From a bacterium (GTDB lineage: Bacteria > Desulfobacterota > DSWW01), in assembly GCA_040756235.1 (NCBI GenBank), contig JBFLZG010000030.1:1-47859 (forward strand): a stretch of 47,859 nucleotides of DNA. Reading direction: 5' to 3'. Under the pieces are notes generated by a model. It did not search any database. It was not told where the DNA came from and worked only from the letters and a program-made list of their open reading frames with translations. A program made the translations under genes and the position numbers. Of the stretch, positions 28,544 through 36,340 are shown in pieces; the first letter of the stretch is position 1, and each line of letters begins with the position of its first letter.

Positions 28544-28586
28544 ACTTCTATGTGCCTCGCCGACGGCCTTGAAATCCGGCCTCAAG

Positions 28587-30389
28587 CTATTCGCGGGCAT
28601 CGACCTTACGAAAATACACTTTCCGATAGTCTTCTAGCGCCTCACCGGGTGCCGAATACCGACTCGCCGTGTACGCTGCCTTCCCGATCATATCTTCCGC
28701 TCGTTGCTGGAGCCCCAGGTCCTGGTAGAATCCAGCCATTCGGATCTGTTGCAAGGCGAGCAGGTCAGGCTCGCTCTCGAGAAAGTCCCTGGGCGCGATG
28801 TCTTCAGGCGAGATCTTGTTTTCCGCCAGGTAATCCTCATGCTCCGGGGTGTCGCGCACGAGAATGACGAAGACGGTATCCGCGTGCACAAGAGCCCAGC
28901 CGCCTCCTTGCATCAGGCCTGCGACCCTCTGCCGAATCCTCCGATCACTGATCCAGGCCACGATCCAACCCGGCTGATACTCTGCTATGAGCTCTTCGAG
29001 GACTCCCTGATCGGTTTCTGACCGGATCGCTTTCACCAGGAATTCCCGCGGATAGGTCTCGAAGCGCGGATCGACAAAGACCTGATGGGCCGGATAGAGC
29101 TCCCAAATCAACGGATTGGCAGCGTACCACGGAATATTCATCATTCTCCCGGGCGGGGGATGGCTCCTGATGAAGTCGATGGCCGCCCCAGGCCAATCGC
29201 CCAGGGCAAGCCCGATCCCTGGCTGGGTGCCGCCGAGCGTCCTCGGAGGAGACACCCATCGTTTGTACATGACGAACAGCGAGGCTTCGATCGTGAGGAC
29301 GACACAGGCAATGCGTGCCACGTTCGCGACCCAGCGCCCCCTGCTGCCGGCGCCGGCAAGAGGCGGCGCCTCGCCACGGCCCGGGAAGCTTCTGGCACAA
29401 ATGCCAACGCTCAGCATGACGAAAAAGGGGAGACCTCTGCTCGCGGCTGCGACCAAGGCGGCCCCCATGAGCCAAAGAAAAGCTTCGTAGGGCTCCCATT
29501 GCCGCCGCTTGCGCCAGAACCCCGCAACAGCCGCCCCGGCGGCCAGCATGACAAGAGCGGTTCCATACCCGGTGTCGTAAAAAGGGGCGAACTCCTGCAC
29601 TTCCTCCCGATGGTGGGCAAGGCTGCCCATCGTGTGAGCCGGGACGTCCAAAATCCCTGCGCCGAGCGGCGTGCCGAAGCACGCCAGGACAGATCCTGCC
29701 AGCGCCAGGACGACAGGCCAGATCGGAGCTTTCAGATCCTCGCTGGAAAGGCCACATTTTCCGGGCCGCGCGCGGACAAGGATCAGGTGCGCCAAAAAGG
29801 CGCCTTGCACGCCCAGTCCCAAGGGGAAGAGCTGGTGCGAATTGACCATGAGGAACTGCACGAGAACGAAAAGGCCGGCTGCCCAAGTCCTGCCGTTCCG
29901 GTACCGATCGACCAGATGCAGCAGCAGCACGAACAGCAGCATGGTCATCAGGTCCGGCCGGAGGATCATCCGGCGCTGCAGTCCGAGCAGCCCGAGGAGC
30001 CAGAGCGCGCTGAGCTTCGAGCCCGCTCGCAAGGAACCGCCCCAGAGCACCCAAAGGCAAAAGACCGCAACCCAAAGGAGACCGTGCAGGATGCTCAGAC
30101 CTTCCCACTTCGCGATCGAATGGACCACGTAGAGCAGGGACTGGTAGAGCGGGTACTGCTGGTTCAGAGGATAGTCAGGATACGTGTACGAAAAGGTGTT
30201 GTGGGTCGGCCACTGTCCCGTGGCAAAGGCGAGTCTGGCAGTCGCCAGATGCCAGGGGGTGTCGGTCATGTCGAGCCGAATGAGAGAGAAAGCAACGGCA
30301 GCGAAGAGGAGCGCGCCCAGCGCCACCCATTCCGCCGCATGCGGCTTGTCTGGCACACGGCCGGCGCCGGTTACGAGGCCCGGACTCAC
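28587..30389 (-). CDS. Polytopic membrane protein, GT-C-like, related to 5554-7137
   Basis: DTPWHLATAR first loop, NTFSYT, RPD, MVNSH, GTPLG, VFVDPRFETY; same motif order as 5554-7137. Confidence 0.65.
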   Translation of the reverse strand: MSPGLVTGAGRVPDKPHAAEWVALGALLFAAVAFSLIRLDMTDTPWHLATARLAFATGQWPTHNTFSYTYPDYPLNQQYPLYQSLLYVVHSIAKWEGLSILHGLLWVAVFCLWVLWGGSLRAGSKLSALWLLGLLGLQRRMILRPDLMTMLLFVLLLHLVDRYRNGRTWAAGLFVLVQFLMVNSHQLFPLGLGVQGAFLAHLILVRARPGKCGLSSEDLKAPIWPVVLALAGSVLACFGTPLGAGILDVPAHTMGSLAHHREEVQEFAPFYDTGYGTALVMLAAGAAVAGFWRKRRQWEPYEAFLWLMGAALVAAASRGLPFFVMLSVGICARSFPGRGEAPPLAGAGSRGRWVANVARIACVVLTIEASLFVMYKRWVSPPRTLGGTQPGIGLALGDWPGAAIDFIRSHPPPGRMMNIPWYAANPLIWELYPAHQVFVDPRFETYPREFLVKAIRSETDQGVLEELIAEYQPGWIVAWISDRRIRQRVAGLMQGGGWALVHADTVFVILVRDTPEHEDYLAENKISPEDIAPRDFLESEPDLLALQQIRMAGFYQDLGLQQRAEDMIGKAAYTASRYSAPGEALEDYRKVYFRKVDARE

Positions 30390-30455
30390 GGCAAGGTTAG
30401 CTCCCCGACTCGATCAGGACGGAAGGCAGCGCATGGTCCATGTACTCTTTTAAAC

Positions 30456-30524
30456 GCATTTCATCGTGAGACAACTTGTCACCCCTCACCTTGATCCTCT
30501 CCCCTCCGAGGGGAGAGGAAAGGG
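30456..30524. repeat. REP-like element family A (copy of 3636-3704)
   Basis: GCATT..TCGTGAGACAA..TGTCACCCCTCACCTTGATCCTCTCCCCTC.GAGGGGAGAGGAAA shared with 3636-3704. Confidence 0.8.
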
Positions 30525-30636
30525 CCGACGGGGGCACCCTCGCCCCGTAGGGCCCCGTCGTGGGCGGAGGGCCTGGTCCGTTCATTTCACCGTGTATCAG
30601 GAATCGGCAAATCGCCTCTGTTACTGTAGGTCGCCT

Positions 30637-31545
30637 TCACTTGGGGATGGTCCTGCAGAGGCGGAAACCCAGGCTGTAATTCTTGCCTCCAGGCGAATAG
30701 AAGATGCGGTCCGCAGAGCGGCAGTTCTTGGCGTCTCCGTACCAGCTCCCTCCCCGCAAGACCCTGCGCGAGCCGTCCGGCGGCCCGGCCGGGTCGGTGG
30801 CCGGCCGGGTATCATACTGGCCGTACCAGTCCCAGCACCACTCCCAGACGTTCCCGTGCATGTCGTACAGACCCCAGGAGTTGCACTCTTTCTGCCTGAC
30901 CGGCCTGGTGCCCAGGGCGTTTCCGAAGTACCACCCGACCCGATCCAGGTTCGGGTCCATCGCTTCCCGGATCCGGGTGATCGTGCCGGTGCAAAAGGCT
31001 GAAGTGCTCCCGGCTCGGCAGGCAAATTCCCACTCTGCCTCTGTAGGCAGCCGGTAGCCGTCCGCCCCCCGGTCCCAAACCGTACCCTGCTCGCCGATCC
31101 CATAGGCAGGTCGGAAACCCTCCAGGGCGGAAAGCCTGTTGCAGAACTCGACAGCTTCGTTCCAGGTGACCTGCTCGACCGGGCACTCGTCGCCGCACTC
31201 GGCGAAGTGACTCGGATCGTTTCCCATCAGTTTCTTCCACTGCCCGCGAGTGACCTCGGTCACCTGCATGTAGAACGGGTTCGGAATCGTCACTCGGTGC
31301 TGTGCCTCGTCCTCTTTGCGCCCGGGTTCCTCCTCGGGAGAGCCCATGATGAACGTACCTGCCGGAACCCGTGAGAGCTCCATCCCGAGCGAATTCACGA
31401 ACCTGCACAGGTGGTAGGTCCGACTGACGGCCTCCTCGGAGCCGAATTTCGGGGCGGGAGCGCGGAGCTCCGTCTCTTGAGCCGAGGCCAGAGCGGCAGG
31501 AGAAAAAAGGAATGCAAGCGAGGCCAGCATGAATCTGCCGCGCAT
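30637..31545 (-). CDS. Exported FGE-sulfatase (SUMF1) domain protein
   Basis: Signal peptide (..PAALASA|QE); FVNSLGM, AGTFIMGS, YRLPTEAEWEFACRAG, NSWGLYDMHGNVWEWC, RVLRGGSW, LGFRL. Start set at ATG 31545. Confidence 0.9.
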   Translation of the reverse strand: MRGRFMLASLAFLFSPAALASAQETELRAPAPKFGSEEAVSRTYHLCRFVNSLGMELSRVPAGTFIMGSPEEEPGRKEDEAQHRVTIPNPFYMQVTEVTRGQWKKLMGNDPSHFAECGDECPVEQVTWNEAVEFCNRLSALEGFRPAYGIGEQGTVWDRGADGYRLPTEAEWEFACRAGSTSAFCTGTITRIREAMDPNLDRVGWYFGNALGTRPVRQKECNSWGLYDMHGNVWEWCWDWYGQYDTRPATDPAGPPDGSRRVLRGGSWYGDAKNCRSADRIFYSPGGKNYSLGFRLCRTIPK

Positions 31546-31773
31546 GAGCCTCGGAGTCGAATCCTTCAGATCTTCCGGTGCAGCCCGCGGACTTCTCGCA
31601 GGTCCGTCCGGCGATTCTCGTTCGCCGGAACTCATCCCCCTCGTCACTTCCGGTGCTCCTCCAGAATCTAACTTTTGTATGAGTTGAGCGTCCCTGCCTT
31701 CGCTGAAACGGTCAACACCCTCATAATATCGCCGCACACCCTTGAACCTATCAAGCCCTACCTGGTTTTTCAA

Positions 31774-31802
31774 TTGACAGGACTTCACCGAATAGGTAGC
31801 AT
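31774..31802 (+). promoter_or_regulatory. Putative sigma70 promoter of the second tadE/tadG cassette
   Basis: TTGACA-N17-TAGCAT. Confidence 0.6.
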
Positions 31803-31890
31803 TTTATTATGCGACGTCCCAATCAAAGAATAGTAAACAACCCATCGATCCCTTACCCGGCCTGCATATGATCGGGGGAAGGAGTCTCAA

Positions 31891-32340
31891 ATGCTAAGGC
31901 AGGACGGCAGGAAAGAGCCGGCCGGCGTCACGGCCATCGAGACCGCCTTGATGATGATCATTCTCGTTCCTCTGGTTTTCGGGATCGTGGAATTCGGCCT
32001 CCTCTTCTACGACAAGGCCATGATCACGAACGCCAGCCGCGAAGGCGCAAGGGCCGGGATCGTTTACCAATTCGATCCTGATTCCGAACGGCGGCACCCG
32101 GGCAACGAAGTGATTACAGACACCATCAACGATTATCTCGAGAACCGACTGGTCACCTTCGGCTCGGCGGTCGGGCCGACGGTAACGATAAGCCGAAACC
32201 CGGTAAACGGGGACGCCCCCGGCGACAGGCTGATTGTAGATGTCCTCTACCGATACGACTTCCTCGTGCTACCGAACTTTGTCGCCGGCCTGGTCGGGGG
32301 CCTCGATCTGACCGCCCGAACGATCATGCGCCTGGAGTGA
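31891..32340 (+). CDS. tadE: TadE-family minor pilin (second cassette)
   Basis: PAG|VTAIETAL..LVFGIVEFG...ITNASREGARAG; C-terminal MRLE; AAGGAG RBS. Confidence 0.9.
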   Translation: MLRQDGRKEPAGVTAIETALMMIILVPLVFGIVEFGLLFYDKAMITNASREGARAGIVYQFDPDSERRHPGNEVITDTINDYLENRLVTFGSAVGPTVTISRNPVNGDAPGDRLIVDVLYRYDFLVLPNFVAGLVGGLDLTARTIMRLE

Positions 32341-32367
32341 CCTTTCACTCTGAGGGAGGACAGCCCA

Positions 32368-33714
32368 ATGCGAAGGCAGGTTGCTTTTCCCCTGCGCAAT
32401 GACAGAGGGGTTTCGGCCATCATCGTCGCCCTCTGTCTCTTCATGCTCGTCGGGTTCGGAGCCCTCGCCCTGGACCTCAGTCACATCTTTGTGGCGCGCA
32501 ACGAGCTCAAGAACGCTGCGGACGCCGGTGCCTTGGCCGGGGCCCACTATCTGTATGAAGACGAAAGCGGCAATTTCCTGGGCATGGTAAACGCAGACGC
32601 CAACCGCATCGCCTTCGAGGCAGCCACGGCCAACAGGAGCGAGAATGCACCCGTCGAGGTGAACGACTGGGCCTCGAACATTGTCGATGTCCAGAGGGGC
32701 CACTGGTCCTTTACTCCCCCTCCTAATACTCCGAGCTTTACTCAGAGCGACAGCACCGCTCCGGCAGATCTCTGGGACGCAACGTGGGAGGAACTGGACG
32801 ACAACCCGGCCTTCATCAACGCGGTCAGGGTCGTGACAAGGCGGCAGACTACGCCCGTGGCCTCCTACCTTGCGACCATTCTCGGGTACGCCGACTTCCG
32901 ACCATGGAGAGAGTCGATCGCTTACATCGGCTTCGCCGGTTCCCTGGAGCCCGGGGACGCCGATCAGCCGCTCGCCATTTGCAAGGACTCCATCATTCAC
33001 GACGGAGAATATCGCTGCATCATGGGCCGGATGATCAATTCGAGCGGTTCCGGGATCACCGACGATACCGGCGAGTGGACCAATTTTTCCCAGGACCCGT
33101 GCGTGACGGCAAACGCCAACTCGGTGCGGGGCCTGGTTTGTGGCGAGGGGAATCCTGTCTCGCTTCTCCTTGGCGAAGGCATCGGGACCAATAACGGCAT
33201 GGAAAATTCCGCCTACTGCAGCAGTAGCGACAATTTCAGGAAGTGCTGGCTCGACAACAGCGCGAACGGGACAAGGCCGTGGAACCTGACGCTGCCGGTC
33301 ATCGACTGCGATGTCGCGGATACGACCTGCAGGCCCATTGTCGGCGCCGTAAGTGTCAACGTCCTCTGGGTCACGGTCCAGCGCAACAGCATCAACAGCG
33401 CGTGCAGCTCCAGTGGAAACGACTGCCAGCGTTTCGACTGCGCCCCCACCCAGATGGCGGCGATTCCACCCCTCTACGCTGCCTGGTCTTCGAGCGACCC
33501 TGACGGCACCGTCCGCTGGAACAGCTTCGTCCAGCATTTCAATCTCCGCGACATGGAAGGGCATCTCCTGTATTACAATTCGAACCCCCAGCTGAGCGGC
33601 TACCAGGGGAAATCCATCTACTTCCTGCCTGACTGCACACCCCACGCCCCGGCCGGCAATACCGGGGGGAACCCTTACGGGATCCTGGCGGAAATTCCCG
33701 TGCTCGTGCGCTAG
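32368..33714 (+). CDS. TadG-related minor pilin with Cys-rich C-terminal domain (no vWA)
   Basis: DRG|VSAIIVAL, ALDLSH..RNELKNAADAGALAGA; Cys-rich C-terminal half; ends IPVLVR. Confidence 0.85.
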   Translation: MRRQVAFPLRNDRGVSAIIVALCLFMLVGFGALALDLSHIFVARNELKNAADAGALAGAHYLYEDESGNFLGMVNADANRIAFEAATANRSENAPVEVNDWASNIVDVQRGHWSFTPPPNTPSFTQSDSTAPADLWDATWEELDDNPAFINAVRVVTRRQTTPVASYLATILGYADFRPWRESIAYIGFAGSLEPGDADQPLAICKDSIIHDGEYRCIMGRMINSSGSGITDDTGEWTNFSQDPCVTANANSVRGLVCGEGNPVSLLLGEGIGTNNGMENSAYCSSSDNFRKCWLDNSANGTRPWNLTLPVIDCDVADTTCRPIVGAVSVNVLWVTVQRNSINSACSSSGNDCQRFDCAPTQMAAIPPLYAAWSSSDPDGTVRWNSFVQHFNLRDMEGHLLYYNSNPQLSGYQGKSIYFLPDCTPHAPAGNTGGNPYGILAEIPVLVR

Positions 33715-33764
33715 CCCTGCGCATTACCCACAAGTCAATCTGCAAGATCACACTGACTCTGTCC

Positions 33765-33879
33765 GTCATCCCGGCCCCGCCGCGGAGCGCGTGCGAGCCG
33801 GGATCCGGAAGTCTGCACAAGGGAACGGAGGTGTCATCACGCGGAGCAGGGACTGGACCCCGGCCTGCGCCGGGGTGAC
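33765..33879. repeat. REP-like palindromic element, family B
   Basis: GTCATCCCGGC..GAGCCGGGATCCGG..GGACTGGACCCCGGCCTGCGCCGGGGTGAC; related copies at 40824-41047, 44117-44340 and 45337-45449. Confidence 0.8.
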
Positions 33880-34288
33880 GGAACCGAGGAAACCGCGGCT
33901 GTCCGCTCCCCGGTCCTCCCGAATGACGGTTTCGAGCTGGATTTCGCGTTGCGTCCCTGTTGGGCCGACTTGTGGGTAAAGGGCGGCGCTAACCTGAGGA
34001 CCGCAAGAAGACTTCCTTCCGGCTCCTGTGCGAGCCCCCAGCGTACGCTTCAGCCCTCTTTCGGCAGACTGGCGGCGCCTCTTACGCAGGCCCCATGCCG
34101 GCGCACTCCCAACCCCCCCACGTGAGCTCCTTTTTGGGGTTCACGCCACTTCTTGGTCTTGCCTGTGGATCCAGCCTTGACCGGATCGCAAGATGATGGT
34201 ACAAGTTGCAAACTGACTTTATGATCATCATTGCTCCTTCACCGCGCCCCGCCTCCAGCGCATTCTGAAGAAGGGAACAGCCTCCGGC

Positions 34289-34702
34289 ATGGCCGCTGCG
34301 AAGTACACGGAGCTGATCGTCTTTGTCGTGGCGCTCGCGTTCGGCCTCATCGCCTTCAGTCAGATCGCGTACCCGCTGGTTACCCTGGTGCCGAGAGTCA
34401 GAAGGATCATGCAGGAGGACCCCAACCGGAGATCCGCGCTGACTTACCTGCTCCTGCTCGCACCCGGGGTATGGACGGTCATACTGACCAGCACGATCAT
34501 CCTCGTGTTCCAGTACTACAGACCCTATGTCGCGACCTACCTGATCGGCCTCGGCATCGTCCTTGTCCTGGTGACCTTCAATGTCTACAAGAGAAACCGC
34601 AAGATCGAGGAGGATTTCATCTTCCGCCTGAAGCGGTACATCCGCCTGAGCAAGGAGGAGAGCCTGTCGAAGAAGTATCCGCGGGACAAGATGAAGCTAT
34701 GA
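34289..34702 (+). CDS. Hypothetical membrane protein (3 TM)
   Basis: Three hydrophobic segments, GC3-rich codon usage, candidate TTGACC-N17-TACAAG promoter at 34177-34205. Confidence 0.7.
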   Translation: MAAAKYTELIVFVVALAFGLIAFSQIAYPLVTLVPRVRRIMQEDPNRRSALTYLLLLAPGVWTVILTSTIILVFQYYRPYVATYLIGLGIVLVLVTFNVYKRNRKIEEDFIFRLKRYIRLSKEESLSKKYPRDKMKL

Positions 34703-34759
34703 AACAAGAATGCAGCGGATCGGCCTTCGGCCGGCCACTGATCGGCAACGATACACAGG

Positions 34760-34967
34760 TCAGTCTCCCCGCCACTCCAGAGCCTTCTTCTGCAGTTCGA
34801 GCGAGGCATACCGATCCCTGAACTCCCGCAGCGACCCAGCCCAGTCCTGACGCAGTTTCCGGTCCCCTTTGCCTGCTCGTTTCTCGATCAGGAACATCAA
34901 AGAATCCCGCACTTCCTGACGAAGTTCCGGTGGGACCTCCTTGATCAACTGCCCAAGGGACTTGCAT
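34760..34967 (-). pseudogene. DUF2281-like antitoxin, probably frameshifted at the start, with no intact toxin
   Basis: KSLGQLIKEVPPELRQEVRD..FLIEKR..KLRQDWAGSLREFRDRYASLELQKKALEWRGD. Both upstream ATGs (34967, 34977) are out of frame; a TTG start at 34948 is possible. Confidence 0.6.
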
Positions 34968-35175
34968 CGGTCTTCATGAATATCCCCTTTCCCCCGATCA
35001 GAAATCGAAGCACGCGCTGGAATGTGAGCGTACCCGCGGCAGACACGGTGTCAACGGGAGCCGGGGCGAGCGCCGCTCGCCCCTACAGGTTGCCCGGAGG
35101 CGCGGTTTTCGCGCGCCAAGTCATCGCCGCAAGCCCTCTGACCGCAGACCTGAACATCCGATATCCACCAAGAAC

Positions 35176-35285
35176 TTGACAGCGGCCAGGATAAGTGAGT
35201 ATAACTAACGTCAGCTCACCGGCTGCGAGCGGCGCCCTCCGATGGAGCCGCGTTGTGTTTGGCAATTGAGGTGACTTTCACTTAC
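35176..35285 (+). promoter_or_regulatory. Sigma70 promoter with two candidate TetR operators
   Basis: TTGACA-N18-TATAAC (35176-35205). Imperfect palindromes GTGAGT-ATA-ACTAAC (35195-35209, over the -10) and GTGACT-TTC-ACTTAC (35271-35285). Confidence 0.6.
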
Positions 35286-35373
35286 GCAGCACCCTGACCG
35301 CTCGTGCCGGGGGTCATGACCCGGTGCCGCCCGCTGCAAGAAGCGCCAACCCGCTAATCTCGAAAGGAACCCG

Positions 35374-36042
35374 ATGGCAAGGACCAAGAATGCGGTCAGG
35401 ACCAGCGAGCCGCCGGCGCGCACCGGCGCCAGTGCGCTCTTCCGGAAGGACAAGCCCTACCCGCCGGGCCGGATCAAGATCGCTGAGGCCTTCATTGCCC
35501 TGCTGGAGCAAAAGGAGTTCGGCTTCATCACGACGGCCGAGATCGCCAAGAACGCCGGGGTCACCGAGGCCCTGATCTACAAGTACTTCGAAGACAAGCG
35601 GGGCCTCCTCCACCAGGTCCTGGAGGAGTACCTGGAGCAGTACCTCGAGCAGTTCCAACGCGACTTGAAGGGGATCAAGGGCGCCCTGAACAAGATCCGC
35701 AAGCTCATCTGGTCCCACATTCACGTCTATTCGAACAACCGGGTCTTTGCCAAGATCCTGTTCCTGGAAGTAAGGAACCATCTCGAATATTACAGCAGCA
35801 AGACGTATGGGATGGTCCAGGAGTACAGCAAGATCCTGCTCGGCATCATCGAGGAGGGCATCCGAGACGGCGAGATCCGGGATGACATCCCGCCCCGGCT
35901 CATCCGGCAGGTCATCTTTGGCAGCATCGAACACCTCTGTCTCACCGGGGTCATCTTCAAGCGCGAGATCTCGCCGGACGAGCTGACGGAGGACCTCTGC
36001 AAGTTCGTTTTCAACGGCATCGAAAAAAGGCCGAGAAGATAA
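35374..36042 (+). CDS. TetR/AcrR family transcriptional regulator
   Basis: ITTAEIAKNAGVTEALIYKYFEDKRGLL HTH; IIEEGIRDGEIRDD C-terminal domain; AAAGGA RBS. Confidence 0.95.
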   Translation: MARTKNAVRTSEPPARTGASALFRKDKPYPPGRIKIAEAFIALLEQKEFGFITTAEIAKNAGVTEALIYKYFEDKRGLLHQVLEEYLEQYLEQFQRDLKGIKGALNKIRKLIWSHIHVYSNNRVFAKILFLEVRNHLEYYSSKTYGMVQEYSKILLGIIEEGIRDGEIRDDIPPRLIRQVIFGSIEHLCLTGVIFKREISPDELTEDLCKFVFNGIEKRPRR

Positions 36043-36140
36043 ATCCCCCCTGACCCCCCTTTTTCAAAGGGGGGGAAGATAGGATCAGCTTTTTCAAAGG
36101 GGGGAAGATAGAAGCCGCTTTTTCAAGGGTGGGAAGAGGC
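36043..36140. repeat. CCCCCCTTTTTCAAAGGGGGG hairpin plus three degenerate ~29-30 bp tandem units
   Basis: CTTTTTCAAAGGGGGG(G)AAGATAG occurs at about 36059 and 36089, with a degenerate third unit at about 36118. Confidence 0.7.
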
Positions 36141-36191
36141 AAGTGAAAATCCTCCCTGGCCACCTTTGCAGATACTCTCGATTTTCTCATG

Positions 36192-36298
36192 CCTTCTCCC
36201 CTCCGCGAGGGGAGAAGGTCAGGATGAGGGGTGCATCTGCTCCTGTTTCCCCCTCACCCTGACCCTCTCCCCCGTGCACGGGGGAGAGGGAATTCATT
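36192..36298. repeat. REP-like family A composite element (~105 bp)
   Basis: CCTTCTCCCCTC..GAGGGGAGAAGGTCAGGATGAGGGG..CCCCTCACCCTGACCCTCTCCCCCGTGCACGGGGGAGAGGGG. Confidence 0.85.
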
Positions 36299-36340
36299 TT
36301 TCGACACCCTCTTTCACAAGGGGGAAGAAGAAATAAGGCG

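Noticed and set aside
30637..30760. FGE/CLec C-terminus as a diversity-generating retroelement target
   Set aside because: No template repeat copy and no reverse transcriptase in the window.
34005..34040. Minus-strand CAGGAGCCGGAAGGAAG resembling the SRP RNA loop
   Set aside because: Lacks the exact CAGGTCCGGAAGGAAGCAGC core and the long flanking stem.
36055..36140. Tandem repeats as a mini CRISPR array
   Set aside because: Inter-repeat segments are only a few bases, units are degenerate, and there are no cas genes.
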